DNA of 63,274 nucleotides from Clostridia bacterium (lineage in GTDB: Bacteria; Bacillota; Clostridia; TANB77; CAG-508): NCBI GenBank assembly GCA_045643205.1, contig JAZUKI010000008.1, forward strand, positions 1-63,274, written 5' to 3'. A program made the translations under genes and the position numbers. This document shows positions 38,954 through 50,148 of this stretch, piece by piece. Every line of letters starts with the position of its first letter. Positions within the stretch are counted from its first letter, which is position 1. A model generated the notes under the pieces. That model did no database searches, was not told the DNA's origin, and saw nothing but the letters and a program-made list of their open reading frames with translations.

Positions 38954-39637
38954 ATGAATCAATTTTCTAGAGAAGAATTATTAATTGGAAAAGACAAATT
39001 GAATAAGTTAAAAGATTCTAAAGTTTTAGTTTTTGGACTTGGCGGTGTTGGATCATATGTAGTTGAAGGTCTTGTTAGAGCTGGTATTGGAAACTTTGTT
39101 TTAGTGGACAAAGATACAGTAGATGTTACTAATATCAATAGACAACTTTTAGCTTATGTATCAACAGTCGGAAAAAATAAAACAGAAGTAGAATTTGATA
39201 GAATTCATGATATTAATCCAGATGCAAAGGTAGAAATTATTACTGATTATTTTGATGAGAATTCAGATCATTCAATTTTTAATGATTGTGATTATGTAGT
39301 TGATGCAATTGATTCAGTAGCATCTAAACTTGATATTATTGAATATGCTAAGTCAAGGAACATTCCTATAATTTCAGCTATGGGTACTGGATTTAAATAT
39401 AAACCAGAACTTTTAAAGATTGATGATATATCAAAAACTGAAATGTGTCCTTTAGCAAAAATTATTAGAAAAGAACTTAGAAAGAAGAATATAAATCATG
39501 TAAAAGTTTTATATTCTAAAGAAGTACCTATTGATACTGAAAATAAAGATAATGTTGCAACAATTTCTTATATGCCATCTATAGCTGGTTTAATGATTGC
39601 TGCAGAAGTTATAAGAGATTTAGCAGAATTAGATTAA
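38954..39637 (+). CDS. tcdA: tRNA threonylcarbamoyladenosine dehydratase
   Basis: GLGGVGS, TNINRQ, DAIDS, CPLAKIIR. Confidence 0.9.
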   Translation: MNQFSREELLIGKDKLNKLKDSKVLVFGLGGVGSYVVEGLVRAGIGNFVLVDKDTVDVTNINRQLLAYVSTVGKNKTEVEFDRIHDINPDAKVEIITDYFDENSDHSIFNDCDYVVDAIDSVASKLDIIEYAKSRNIPIISAMGTGFKYKPELLKIDDISKTEMCPLAKIIRKELRKKNINHVKVLYSKEVPIDTENKDNVATISYMPSIAGLMIAAEVIRDLAELD

Positions 39638-39662
39638 AATAAAATAGAAAGAGGAAAAAGAA

Positions 39663-40430
39663 ATGAAGATTCTTGCAGTTGGAGATTTAGTTGGAGAAAA
39701 TGGAACACAAAAATTAATTGAAAATTTGAAGAACATTCAAGAAGCAGAAAATATTGACATTACTGTTGTTAATGCAGAGAATGCAGCAAGCGGAAGCGGA
39801 TTAACTACACAATTATATACTAAACTTTCAAGACAAAACATAGATGTACTTACAATGGGAAATCATACTTGGGGAAAGAAAGATATTTTTTCTATTATGG
39901 AAGATAGCAAAATATTAATTCGTCCTGCAAACTATTCTAAAGAAGTACCCGGAAATGGATATTGTGTTTTTGAAAAGAATGGAAAGAAAATACTTGTTAT
40001 TAATTTAATAGGTAGAGTTGGAATGGGAGAATTATCAAATAGCCCATTTGAATGTATAGATAATATATTAGCTACAGTTGAACATGATATTGCTATTATT
40101 GATTTTCATGCTGAAGCTACAGCTGAGAAAAGAGCTATGGCATATTATGTTGATGGAAGAGTTAATGTTTTATTTGGAACTCATACTCACGTTCAAACAG
40201 CTGATGAAGAAATTTGTGATAAAGGATTAGGATTTATTTCAGATCTTGGAATGACAGGACCTAAGAACTCAGTTATAGGAATGGATATAAAGGCATCTTT
40301 AAAGAGATTTACAACTTCAATTCCTGAAAGATATAAACTAGCTGATGGCGATTGTAAGTTGAATTCAGTAGTTTTTGAACTTGATGATAAAACTCTAAAA
40401 TGCAAAAAGATATATAGAGTAAATCTATAA
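39663..40430 (+). CDS. ymdB: YmdB-like metallophosphoesterase (TIGR00282)
   Basis: GDLVG, NAENA, TMGNH, DFHAEAT, GTHTHVQTAD, DLGMTG. Confidence 0.92.
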   Translation: MKILAVGDLVGENGTQKLIENLKNIQEAENIDITVVNAENAASGSGLTTQLYTKLSRQNIDVLTMGNHTWGKKDIFSIMEDSKILIRPANYSKEVPGNGYCVFEKNGKKILVINLIGRVGMGELSNSPFECIDNILATVEHDIAIIDFHAEATAEKRAMAYYVDGRVNVLFGTHTHVQTADEEICDKGLGFISDLGMTGPKNSVIGMDIKASLKRFTTSIPERYKLADGDCKLNSVVFELDDKTLKCKKIYRVNL

Positions 40431-40546
40431 TAAAAACAATTAAATACATTGTTGTAAATATTAAATAAACAATCAAATATATTATTCTAAAATATCAAAT
40501 AATAATTAAATATATTGTTGTAAAATGTCAAATTATGGTAAAAAAT

Positions 40547-40582
40547 AAAGTCTAGAATTCCCCAAAATTACTAGACTTTTTT
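40547..40582 (+). terminator. Intrinsic terminator
   Basis: AAAGTCTAG/CTAGACTTT plus T-run. Confidence 0.7.
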
Positions 40583-40628
40583 ATTTGTTTGTAATATAAA
40601 TAGGGAGTACAAAATAAATGGGGGATAT

Positions 40629-42197
40629 ATGAAATATAAATATAAGAAGAAACATAATAATTTTTTTAAGTACATATTTGTAGTAGTTGTTATCGCCTTA
40701 ATAGTAGCTTCTATTTATTTTGTTTATTATCAAGATAAAAATAATATGAGTTCGTTGGAAGGTGATTCTGGAAATAAAGGAATTGGCAACATTTCAGTAG
40801 TTGATAATGTAAAGATGGCTATATACGAATATGATAATATAAATCCTTTATTGACACATAATAGAGAAGTTCTTAATTATACAAAATTGATTTTTGAACC
40901 ATTAATGAATATTTTACCAGAATATAGCTTGGAGTATTGTTTAGCTAAATCTTGCCAACGAGTAGAAGATAATAAATATGAAATCAAGTTAGATACTAAT
41001 GCAAAATGGCATGATGGTTCTAGTTTCTCAGCAGAAGATGTATTATTCACTTATAAAAAAATACAAGAGGGAAATTCTGTTTATAAAACAAACATAAGCA
41101 ACATTGCTTCAATGGAAAGCCAAGATGATGAAACAATTATTATAAGAACAAACAATCAAGATGCATTTTTTGAATTTTCATTGAACTTTCCTATAGTATG
41201 TAAGAAATATTATGATGGTGAGGATTTTGCAAGTTCTTCTAAAATTCCTATAGGAACAGGAATGTACAAGATTGCTAGTAATACTTCAAATTCTTTATTA
41301 TTAACAAAGAATACTAAATGGGCAGAACTACATAATAGAGAACAAATGACTGAATCAATTACTATTCAAAAATATTCTTCTATTGGTGAAGCTTATAATG
41401 CTTTTAAAATGGGAAACATTGATATTATAAATACAGCAATGACAGATTACCAACAATATATTGGAACAATGGGATACAATATTAAAAGATACGCTGGAAG
41501 AAGCTATGATTATTTAGCTTTAAATTGCAATAATTCAATTTTAAGTGATAAAGCAGTAAGAAGAGCTATTAATTATGCAATAAACAAAGATACTCTTAAT
41601 ACTAATGTTTTTTACGGAAACAAAATTGTATCTAATGGATTTTTAGATTATGGAAGTTTCTTATATAATGGAGAGAATTTAATTTCTTATGATCAAGAAA
41701 GAGCAAAACAAGAATTACTAAACAATGGTTGGTCAAATGCTAGTGGTACTTGGAAAAAAGATGATAAAACAATTGATTTAAATATTGCAGTTAATAATGA
41801 TAGTCAAGATAGAATTAATGTTGCAAACAATATTAAAAATCAATTGAGCGAAATAGGAATTAAAGTTCATGTTAAACAAGTTTCTAGAGATAGATATAAC
41901 CAATACTTGAATGATAAAAATTATGATATGATTTTATGCGGTGTTAATAATTCAGTTGCACCAAAATTGAAAACTTTTTATGGAGGCGGAAATATTGCAA
42001 ATTATTCAGGCAGTGATAGTTTAGATTCTATAGAAGAAATTAGAGAGATTCAAAAAAGAGCAAATGAAGATGTTCCTTATATAGGTTTATATAGAAACAA
42101 ATGGACAATTATACTTAATCCTAATGTAGGAGGAGACCTTAAACCTAATGCATATTGCCCATATAACAATTTTGACAAATGGTATAGACAACTTTAA
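40629..42197 (+). CDS. ABC transporter substrate-binding protein, family 5
   Basis: INPL, KWHDGSSFSAEDVLFT, PIGTGMYK, VRRAINYAIN; N-terminal TM anchor. Confidence 0.88.
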   Translation: MKYKYKKKHNNFFKYIFVVVVIALIVASIYFVYYQDKNNMSSLEGDSGNKGIGNISVVDNVKMAIYEYDNINPLLTHNREVLNYTKLIFEPLMNILPEYSLEYCLAKSCQRVEDNKYEIKLDTNAKWHDGSSFSAEDVLFTYKKIQEGNSVYKTNISNIASMESQDDETIIIRTNNQDAFFEFSLNFPIVCKKYYDGEDFASSSKIPIGTGMYKIASNTSNSLLLTKNTKWAELHNREQMTESITIQKYSSIGEAYNAFKMGNIDIINTAMTDYQQYIGTMGYNIKRYAGRSYDYLALNCNNSILSDKAVRRAINYAINKDTLNTNVFYGNKIVSNGFLDYGSFLYNGENLISYDQERAKQELLNNGWSNASGTWKKDDKTIDLNIAVNNDSQDRINVANNIKNQLSEIGIKVHVKQVSRDRYNQYLNDKNYDMILCGVNNSVAPKLKTFYGGGNIANYSGSDSLDSIEEIREIQKRANEDVPYIGLYRNKWTIILNPNVGGDLKPNAYCPYNNFDKWYRQL

Positions 42198-42310
42198 TAA
42201 GTAAAAAACGAATTAGCAAAAAAACTAATTTAGTGAAAAACAATTAAATAAAACAGCTAATTAAGTAAAAAAACAACTAATTAAGTAAAAAAAACAACTA
42301 ATTTTGAAAA

Positions 42311-42326
42311 GCGAAAAAATGTTCGC
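42311..42326 (+). promoter_or_regulatory. Probable LexA (Cheo) SOS box upstream of recA
   Basis: GCGAAAAAATGTTCGC, one mismatch to CGAAC-N4-GTTCG; just upstream of a TTGACT -35. Confidence 0.7.
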
Positions 42327-42409
42327 TAAAAGTATTGACTTTTTAAAATTTTAAATATATATTAAATGCAAACAAACGTTTCACAAATGAAATTTTTTAG
42401 GAGGAAATT

Positions 42410-43528
42410 ATGGCTAAGAAAGTCGAAAAAGAAAAAGTAAGTGATGTTAAGGTAGGACCAAATCCAGAAAAATTAAAGGCACTAGAAGCAGCAATGGGAC
42501 AAATTGAAAAACAATTTGGAAAAGGATCAGTTATGAAATTAGGAGATTTTAAAACTCTTAATATTGATTCAATTCCATCAGGTGCTTTATCATTAGATGT
42601 TGCTCTTGGAATTGGTGGTATTCCTAAAGGAAGAATCATAGAAGTATTTGGACCAGAATCTTCTGGAAAAACAACTTTAGCATTACATATGATTGCTGAA
42701 GCACAAAAAGCTGGTGGAGAAGCAGCATTTATTGATGCTGAACATGCTCTTGATCCAGTTTATGCTAAGAACTTAGGTGTTGATATAGATAATTTAATTG
42801 TTTCACAACCTGATACTGGAGAGCAAGCGTTAGAAATTTGCGAAGCTTTAGTAAGAAGTGGAGCAATCGATATAGTTGTTGTCGACTCAGTTGCAGCATT
42901 AGTTCCTAAGGCTGAAATTGATGGAGATATGGGAGACTCACATGTTGGTTTACAAGCAAGACTTATGTCACAAGCTTTAAGAAAATTAACAGGTGTTCTT
43001 AATAAATCAAATACAGCATTAATATTTATAAACCAATTAAGAGAAAAAGTTGGAGTTATGTTTGGAAATCCAGAAACAACTCCTGGTGGACGTGCATTAA
43101 AATTCTACTCTTCTGTAAGACTTGATATCAGAAGAATTGAAAATATTAAAGATAACGGCGAAGTTTTAGGAAGTAGAGTTAGAGTTAAAGTTGTTAAGAA
43201 TAAAGTTGCTCCACCATTTAGAGAGGCTGAATTCGATATTATTTATGGCCAAGGTATATCTAAATCAGGAAACATTTTAGACTTAGCTGTTAACCTAGAT
43301 ATTGTTGAAAAGAGCGGATCATGGTTTAGTTATAATGGCGAAAGAATTGGCCAAGGTAGAGAAAATGCTAAATTATTCTTAGAAAACAATCCTGAAATTA
43401 TGAAGGATGTTGAAAATAAAGTTAGAGATAACTTTAATACAGCATTTGAAAAGAGTTTAAGCGAAGGCGCTTCAAATTCAAATGAAGAAGACGATGATGA
43501 TGAATTTGATGACGAAGATGATGAATAA
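42410..43528 (+). CDS. recA: Recombinase RecA
   Basis: [36 protein letters not shown]. Confidence 0.99.
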   Translation: MAKKVEKEKVSDVKVGPNPEKLKALEAAMGQIEKQFGKGSVMKLGDFKTLNIDSIPSGALSLDVALGIGGIPKGRIIEVFGPESSGKTTLALHMIAEAQKAGGEAAFIDAEHALDPVYAKNLGVDIDNLIVSQPDTGEQALEICEALVRSGAIDIVVVDSVAALVPKAEIDGDMGDSHVGLQARLMSQALRKLTGVLNKSNTALIFINQLREKVGVMFGNPETTPGGRALKFYSSVRLDIRRIENIKDNGEVLGSRVRVKVVKNKVAPPFREAEFDIIYGQGISKSGNILDLAVNLDIVEKSGSWFSYNGERIGQGRENAKLFLENNPEIMKDVENKVRDNFNTAFEKSLSEGASNSNEEDDDDEFDDEDDE

Positions 43529-43611
43529 TCATTTAATTAAAATTATCACTAAATAAATTAATCGATAAATAAAATTATGAAATAATTTAAAATTAGAAAC
43601 AACAAATTTAA

Positions 43612-44160
43612 ATGAAAAATTACGATATAAATGATATTAATGAATTATTAAAGAAAAAAGGTATTGATTTAGACCATCAAGATTATTCTGATGGTCTTGA
43701 TCAAGTTGTAGAAGAATATACTATTGAAGAATTTGATAGGGCTAAAACTAGAATTTTAAAGTATGTTTTATACAAAAAAAGATGCGAAAAAGAAGTTAGA
43801 GAGAAATTTCAAGGCGTATATGATGAAAATTTAATAGATGCAGTTGTTGAAAATCTCAAAGAATTAAAGTATATTGATGATATTTCATATATTGAGAGGT
43901 CAATTAATGAATTTTTTGCTCTAAAAACCTTGTCTCAATATGAAATTAGATATAAACTCTTAAGCAAGGGTGTTTCAAGTAAAGATATTGATAAATATTT
44001 TCAAGAACATCAAGAAGAACTATTTAATTATGAATTAGAGTGTACAAGAAAGATTTATGACAAAAAGAAAAAAAGTGGCCTAGAAGATATAGAAATTAAA
44101 AATTATTTATATAAGAAAGGTTATAAAACAGATAGTTATTCTGATTTATTTAAGCAATAA
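43612..44160 (+). CDS. recX: RecX regulator
   Basis: Follows recA; KKRCEKEVREK, YIDD, LLSKGV, LYKKGY helical repeats. Confidence 0.8.
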   Translation: MKNYDINDINELLKKKGIDLDHQDYSDGLDQVVEEYTIEEFDRAKTRILKYVLYKKRCEKEVREKFQGVYDENLIDAVVENLKELKYIDDISYIERSINEFFALKTLSQYEIRYKLLSKGVSSKDIDKYFQEHQEELFNYELECTRKIYDKKKKSGLEDIEIKNYLYKKGYKTDSYSDLFKQ

Positions 44161-44171
44161 TAGGGGAAGTA

Positions 44172-44942
44172 ATGCAAAACATATTAACATTAGAAACAAA
44201 TAAATACAAAATTAAAATAGAGAACTTTGAAGGTCCTCTAGATTTGTTATGTCATTTGATTGATGAAAATCAAATGAATATTTATGATGTTAATGTTAAT
44301 GAAATAACAGATCAATATATTGAATATCTTAAAGCTATGGAAGAACTTGATCTTGAAATTACTAGTGAATTCTTAATTATGGCTTCAAATCTTTTATATA
44401 TTAAGTCTAAGAAGTTATTACCACGTGAAGAAGAACAAGAAGAAATGCTTTCTGAAGAAGAATTGATTCAAAGAATTATTGATTATAAGAAGTATAAAGA
44501 GATAACTCATACATTCCTTGAAATGTATGAAAAAAATCAAAAAAGAATATTTAAAAATACTAAGGAAAGTATTCCAATTCCTGAACCAAAATTAGAAGAA
44601 CAACATGAATATATGGAATTAGTAACTTTATATAAGAATGTTTTAGATATGACTGAAGCAAGAAAAAATAAGAATTCAAAGAATCTTGAAAAAATAGCAA
44701 TAACTGAAACAGTATCAGTTACAGATACTGTAAAAGAGATGTTTAGAGCTTTAATTAAGAAACGTACATTTATTTTTAATAAATTATTCTCTCTTAAAAA
44801 GAATAAACCAGAAGAAGTTGTTACAGCTTTTAGCGGTTTGCTAGAGATGTCTAGAAGAAGTAAAGTTTTGACAGAGCAAGAAAAATTGTTTGGGGATATT
44901 ACTGTAACTAAGCGCCCAAGAGATGCAAAAAAAGTCGATTAA
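44172..44942 (+). CDS. scpA: Segregation/condensation protein A
   Basis: FEGPLDLLCHLI, ITDQY, SEFLIMA, KSKKLLP, FSGLLEM. Confidence 0.93.
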   Translation: MQNILTLETNKYKIKIENFEGPLDLLCHLIDENQMNIYDVNVNEITDQYIEYLKAMEELDLEITSEFLIMASNLLYIKSKKLLPREEEQEEMLSEEELIQRIIDYKKYKEITHTFLEMYEKNQKRIFKNTKESIPIPEPKLEEQHEYMELVTLYKNVLDMTEARKNKNSKNLEKIAITETVSVTDTVKEMFRALIKKRTFIFNKLFSLKKNKPEEVVTAFSGLLEMSRRSKVLTEQEKLFGDITVTKRPRDAKKVD

Positions 44943-45035
44943 AGCCTTGAATATAGAATGCTCCAACCATAGGAAAATATTGACAATAGAGCAAAAAAAT
45001 ACTATAATTAAAGAGTATTTGAAAAGGAGAATCAG

Positions 45036-45305
45036 ATGTTAGCAAAGAACTGGAAAAGAATATTATTAATTGTTTTAATAATTGCATGTTTAACTAATGT
45101 TTTAATAAAAATTATTTGCAAAAACTCATTACAAGATGAGTTACAATCTGCTGTTCAATATGTTTTTTCTCACCCAGATGAAAATGCTAACAATGAAACA
45201 TCAGTTACACAATCTACAACAGAAAAAAATAATGAAACTGTTATAGAAACTGAATCAAATGAGATAAATGATAATTCTACAATGAAATCACCATTTGATA
45301 TGTAG
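45036..45305 (+). CDS. Small membrane hypothetical protein
   Basis: Promoter TTGACA-17-TATAAT 44980-45008, RBS AAGGAG, N-terminal TM, hairpin 45327-45354. Confidence 0.7.
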   Translation: MLAKNWKRILLIVLIIACLTNVLIKIICKNSLQDELQSAVQYVFSHPDENANNETSVTQSTTEKNNETVIETESNEINDNSTMKSPFDM

Positions 45306-45382
45306 AAACAATAATATATCAAATTCATAAAACCAACTCTTCTGTTGGTTTTATTTTATATTAAAAGGAAGGAGGGCACGGC

Positions 45383-46708
45383 ATGAAGCCAGTAGTTGCA
45401 CTTATAGGAAGACCAAACGTAGGAAAATCAACTTTATTTAATTACTTAATTGGTGAAAGAAGAGCTATTGTTCAAGATACACCAGGAGTTACAAGAGATA
45501 GAATTTATGGTGAAACAACATGGAGAGATAGAAGTTTTACTGTTGTTGATACCGGTGGTATTGAAGAAAAGTCGAATGATATTATTCTTAATCAAATGAG
45601 ATTACAAGCTGAAATTGCAATTGACATGGCAGATGTTGTAGTTTTTATAACTGATATAAAAGCTGGAGCTACTTCTTTAGATAATGAAATTGCTATGATG
45701 CTTAGAAGAGCAAATAAGAAAGTAATTTTAGTTTGCAATAAAGTTGATGATTTTAATAAATATAGAGATGATGTTTATGAATTTTATAATTTAGGATTAG
45801 GTGATCCTGTAGCTATATCAGCAGTAAATTGCCAAGGAATTGGTGATATGCTTGATAAAGTTTATGAAGAACTTCCAGAAGATGATGGCGAAGAAGAAAC
45901 AGATAGCGTTAAAGTTGCTGTTATTGGAAAACCTAATGTTGGAAAGTCATCATTAATTAATAAGATTTTAAATGAAAACAGACTTATCGTTAGTGATATA
46001 GCAGGAACAACAAGAGATGCTATTGATACACCTTTTGAAAATGAAGATGGTAAATATGTTTTTATAGATACAGCAGGACTTAGAAAACATTCTAAAATTG
46101 AAGAAGACATTGAAAAATATTCTATATTACGTACGAATTTAGCAATTGAAAGATCAGATGTATGTATTTTGATGATTGATGCTAATGAAGGTGTTACTGA
46201 GCAAGATACTAAAATTGCAGGTCTTGCAAAAGAAGCAGGTAAGGGCGTAATTATAGCAATAAATAAATGGGATGAATATAATAAAGAGAGTGGAACTCAA
46301 GAAGAATATACAGCAATGGTTTATAATAAATTAGCATATTTATCTTATGCCCCAATTGTATTTATTTCTGCTAAAACTGGACAAAGAGTAAACAAACTTT
46401 TTGCTGTAATAAATCAAGTAGCAGAAAATAATGCAATGAGAGTTCAAACATCTGTCTTAAATGAATTATTAGCTGAAGCAGTTGCTATGGTTCAACCACC
46501 AACAGATAAAGGTAGAAGATTAAAAATATTCTATATGACTCAGGTTTCAACAAAACCACCTACATTTGCAGTATTTGTAAATAGTAAAAAATTATTTCAT
46601 TTCTCATATGAGAGATATTTAATGAATAAATTAAGACAAGAATTTAATTTTTTAGGAACTCCAATTAGAATGCTAGTTAGAGAAAGAAAGGATGAAGAAG
46701 ATGATTAA
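45383..46708 (+). CDS. der: Ribosome biogenesis GTPase Der
   Basis: Two G domains (GRPNVGKS, GKPNVGKS), DTGG/DTAG, KH-like C-terminus. Confidence 0.98.
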   Translation: MKPVVALIGRPNVGKSTLFNYLIGERRAIVQDTPGVTRDRIYGETTWRDRSFTVVDTGGIEEKSNDIILNQMRLQAEIAIDMADVVVFITDIKAGATSLDNEIAMMLRRANKKVILVCNKVDDFNKYRDDVYEFYNLGLGDPVAISAVNCQGIGDMLDKVYEELPEDDGEEETDSVKVAVIGKPNVGKSSLINKILNENRLIVSDIAGTTRDAIDTPFENEDGKYVFIDTAGLRKHSKIEEDIEKYSILRTNLAIERSDVCILMIDANEGVTEQDTKIAGLAKEAGKGVIIAINKWDEYNKESGTQEEYTAMVYNKLAYLSYAPIVFISAKTGQRVNKLFAVINQVAENNAMRVQTSVLNELLAEAVAMVQPPTDKGRRLKIFYMTQVSTKPPTFAVFVNSKKLFHFSYERYLMNKLRQEFNFLGTPIRMLVRERKDEEDD

Positions 46709-47474
46709 GTGGTACATTGCAATGGCATTAATTGCATATTTAATAGGAAGTATAAGTTTCTCAGTAATATTTACTAAGAGATTTGCAGGTTTTGATGTTC
46801 GTGAAAAAGGAAGCAAAAATGCAGGATCAACAAATGTTTTAAGAACAGCAGGTGTTGCGCCAGCAGTTTTAACTTTAGTTTGTGATTTACTTAAAGGAGT
46901 TGCAGCAGTTTTATTAGGATTACTTTTAGGAAATATGTTAGGACAAGAAGTTTGTCCAGATGCTTCTAAAGCAATACTTTGCGAAGTTGCAGGTATATTT
47001 GTTATTATTGGACATACATTTCCATTATTTTTTAAATTTAAAGGTGGAAAAGGCGTTGCAACAGGAATTGGTGCTTTATTAGTTTTAAACTGGAAAATTG
47101 GTTTAATCTGCTTAATATTTGGATTAGTATTAATTGTTTTATCAAGAATGGTTTCTTTAGGTTCAATGGCAGGTGCAATTTTATTCCCTGTAATTTGTAT
47201 CTTTATTAGAGATAGCTATATTGTAAACGACAATTACTTAAGTTATGTATTATTTGGAATTGTTTTAGCAGCAATTATTCTATTTAATCATAGAACTAAT
47301 ATTCAAAGATTAACTAGAGGACAAGAAAATATTATTTCATTTAAACATAAAAATGAGCCTGTTCAAACAACATATAGTTCTACACCTGCAGAAGCAGCTT
47401 TAAAGAAAGAAGAAGCAGCTCAAGTTCAAGCTCAAGAAACTGTAGAAAATAGCGAAAGTTCAGAAAATAAATAA
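46692..47474 (+). CDS. plsY: Glycerol-3-phosphate acyltransferase PlsY
   Basis: YLIGSI, GSKNAGSTN, DLLKG, GHTFP, GGKGVAT, HRTNIQRL. Confidence 0.95.
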   Translation: MKKMIKWYIAMALIAYLIGSISFSVIFTKRFAGFDVREKGSKNAGSTNVLRTAGVAPAVLTLVCDLLKGVAAVLLGLLLGNMLGQEVCPDASKAILCEVAGIFVIIGHTFPLFFKFKGGKGVATGIGALLVLNWKIGLICLIFGLVLIVLSRMVSLGSMAGAILFPVICIFIRDSYIVNDNYLSYVLFGIVLAAIILFNHRTNIQRLTRGQENIISFKHKNEPVQTTYSSTPAEAALKKEEAAQVQAQETVENSESSENK

Positions 47475-47582
47475 TGTTTCTATATAATAAAAACAATTGG
47501 ATAATATTTTTATAAATAAAGTTTATAAAAATGTTTTTGAAAAATGAAATTTAAATTAAAACAAATGAATAGAGGATATTAA

Positions 47583-48569
47583 ATGGGTACAGTAGCAGTT
47601 ATAGGTAGCGGTAGTTGGGGTGTTTCATTTGCTCAACACTTAGCAGAAGTAGGACATAAAGTTAAGGTTTGGTCTTTTAAAGAAGAAGAAAAAGATGATT
47701 TAAATAATAATAGAAAATCAGTGTATTTACCTGATTTAACAATACACGAAAATGTTTATTGTTCTAATGATTTTAAAGAAGTTGTCGAGGATGCTGAATT
47801 TATTATTCACGTTACACCTTCAAGAGTTACTAGAGAAACATTTAGAAAATATAAAGATTATGTAGGAAATAAACCAGTTGTAATTTGTTCAAAAGGATTT
47901 GAAGAAGGTTCATTATTAACTTTAGATGAAGTTATGAAAGAAGAACTTCCTGGAGTTAGAGTTGCTACTTTATCAGGTCCAAGTTATGCAACAGAGGTTG
48001 CAGCTCATATTCCTACTGCAGTTATTCTTGCATCTGAAGATAAAGAGTTACTTGAAGAAGTATCTGCAAAAATTAGTAATGATATATTTAGAGTTTACAA
48101 ATCAACTGATGTTAAAGGCGTCGAAGTTGGTGGTGGATTAAAAAATATTATTGCATTTAGTGCTGGTATTGCTGCTGAACTTGATTTCGGTATGAATGCA
48201 CAAGCTGCTCTTATCACAAGAGGACTTGCTGAAATTTCTAGATTAGGAATTGCTATGGGAGCTGATAAACAAACTTTCTATGGTTTATCTGGTTTAGGAG
48301 ATTTAATTTTAACATGTTCTAGCGATGAAAGTAGAAATAGAAGAGCAGGCAGATTAATTGGAAAAGGCATGACAGTTGAAGAAGCTAAAAATGAAATTGG
48401 TATGACTATAGAAAGTGTTGATAATATTGTTATTGCAAAGAAACTTGCTGAAAAACACAATGTAGAAATGCCAATTACAGAAGCTGCTTATGATATTTTG
48501 TTTAACAAATTAGAAGTTAAAGATGCAGTTCAACAATTAATGACTAGATCAATTAAATATGAAGACTAA
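47583..48569 (+). CDS. gpsA: NAD(P)H-dependent glycerol-3-phosphate dehydrogenase
   Basis: GSGSWG, CSKG, SGPSYATEV, LKNIIA, GLGDLILTC, SRNRR. Confidence 0.96.
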   Translation: MGTVAVIGSGSWGVSFAQHLAEVGHKVKVWSFKEEEKDDLNNNRKSVYLPDLTIHENVYCSNDFKEVVEDAEFIIHVTPSRVTRETFRKYKDYVGNKPVVICSKGFEEGSLLTLDEVMKEELPGVRVATLSGPSYATEVAAHIPTAVILASEDKELLEEVSAKISNDIFRVYKSTDVKGVEVGGGLKNIIAFSAGIAAELDFGMNAQAALITRGLAEISRLGIAMGADKQTFYGLSGLGDLILTCSSDESRNRRAGRLIGKGMTVEEAKNEIGMTIESVDNIVIAKKLAEKHNVEMPITEAAYDILFNKLEVKDAVQQLMTRSIKYED

Positions 48570-48646
48570 ATTAAAAAACTAATTACTAGATTAATAAATA
48601 TGAAAAGTAAAACATAAAACATAAAATATAAAATATAAAATATATA

Positions 48647-48681
48647 AAAAGTTGGCTAGTTGGAAAAATTAGCCAACTTTT
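48647..48681 (+). terminator. Intrinsic terminator after gpsA
   Basis: AAAAGTTGGCTAG/TTAGCCAACTTTT. Confidence 0.85.
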
Positions 48682-48716
48682 ATTGACTAAAAGCCTTAAA
48701 TTTAGTACAATAGTAC

Positions 48717-49061
48717 GAGGTAAATTAAATGATCGCGTATAGCAAATAGCGAAAGCTTGCGTACGAGGAAAGTCCGGGCCCCACAGAGCAGGATGCTTGA
48801 TAACGTCAAGCGAGGGTAACCTTAGGGAAAGTGCAACAGAAAATTACCGCCTCTTTTGAGGTAAGGGTGAAAAGGCGAGGTAAGAGCTCACCGTAAATGC
48901 AGTGATGCATTTAGCCATGTAAACCCCATCCGGAGCAACACCGAGACTAGAAGGTTAAATAGTTGCTCGCTATCTTCTTAATTTGGTGGCTTGAACTATA
49001 TAGCAATATATAGGCTAGATAAATGATCATTCTCGACAGAACCCGGCTTACTGTTTACCTT
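48717..49061 (+). ncRNA. rnpB: RNase P RNA, bacterial type A
   Basis: GAGGAAAGTCCGGGC, GAAAGTGCAACAGAAA, GGGTGAAAAGG..GGTAAGAG, AAACCCC, ACAGAACCCGGCTTA; P1 AGGTAAAT/GTTTACCT; promoter TTGACT-17-TACAAT directly upstream. Confidence 0.95.
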
Positions 49062-49069
49062 TATATATG

Positions 49070-49099
49070 AAAGGAACCACCTGTGTAGGTGATTCCTTT
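49070..49099. terminator. Bidirectional terminator after rnpB
   Basis: AAAGGAACCACCTG/TAGGTGATTCCTTT. Confidence 0.8.
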
Positions 49100-49114
49100 G
49101 TTATTTTTATAAAT

Positions 49115-49975
49115 TTAATTCAAAAGATTTTTTATATCTTCAGGAATTTCTGATTCAATTATTATTTCTTTTCTAGAAACAGGATGTATAAAACTAATTT
49201 TATATGCATGTAAAGCTTGTCTACTAATTAGAGGAGAGCAAGAACCATATAAGTCATCTCCAATTATTGGGTGTCCTATTGAGGCCATATGAACTCTAAT
49301 TTGATGTGTTCTACCAGTTTCTAATTTACATTCAACTAATGACATATTATTTCTAAATTCTAATGTTTTGTATTTTGTAATAGCTTTATCACCATCATTT
49401 CTAATTGTTCTTTCTATAATACTTGGAAGTTTTCTAGCGATTGGTTTATCTATTGTTCCAGACTTATCTGTTTTTCCATCGACAACTGTTAAGTAATATT
49501 TTTGATAGTCAGTTAAATTTTCTTGAATATATTCTGATTTTGCAAATATAACAATTCCGGTAGTGTCTTTATCTAAACGATTAACAGGTCTTATTTTCTT
49601 ATTTAGACCAATGCTTATAAAGTATGATTTTATACCATTTGATAAGCTGTCCTCATAATGATTAATAGAAGGATGAACAGGCATAAATGGAGGTTTATCT
49701 ACAATTAACATCCATTCATCTTCATACAATATTTTTAATGTAAAATTATTTGGCACGATGTTATCACTTGTTTCTTCATAACCCAAATCAATTTTAAGAA
49801 TGTCGCCAGAACTAGCAGTGTCATAAGTTTTAGCAATTTTATTATTTAACAAAATATTGTTTTTTATTTTTAAAATTAGTCGTTTTGAAAATGACAAATC
49901 TTCTTTTAAAATTTGCTTAATTGTTTTTGAAGAAGAAACTTTATATTCAAGTACTTGTTTACCAGTATTTACCAT
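49115..49975 (-). CDS. RluA-family pseudouridine synthase
   Basis: VDKP, NRLDKDTTG, LETGRTHQIRVH, HPIIGDDLY. Confidence 0.93.
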   Translation of the reverse strand: MVNTGKQVLEYKVSSSKTIKQILKEDLSFSKRLILKIKNNILLNNKIAKTYDTASSGDILKIDLGYEETSDNIVPNNFTLKILYEDEWMLIVDKPPFMPVHPSINHYEDSLSNGIKSYFISIGLNKKIRPVNRLDKDTTGIVIFAKSEYIQENLTDYQKYYLTVVDGKTDKSGTIDKPIARKLPSIIERTIRNDGDKAITKYKTLEFRNNMSLVECKLETGRTHQIRVHMASIGHPIIGDDLYGSCSPLISRQALHAYKISFIHPVSRKEIIIESEIPEDIKNLLN

Positions 49976-50148
49976 AATTTTATATTTGATTAACCTCTCA
50001 ATTTTCTTTGATTTTAAAGTAATTCAATATTTTTTTATTTTGATTACAAATTGGTTACATTATATATTTTTTATTGTACTTTTACTAGTTTATTTATATA
50101 ATTTATTAGGTATTTTCTTAAGAAATTTTAAGGAAAAAAGGAGTGTAA

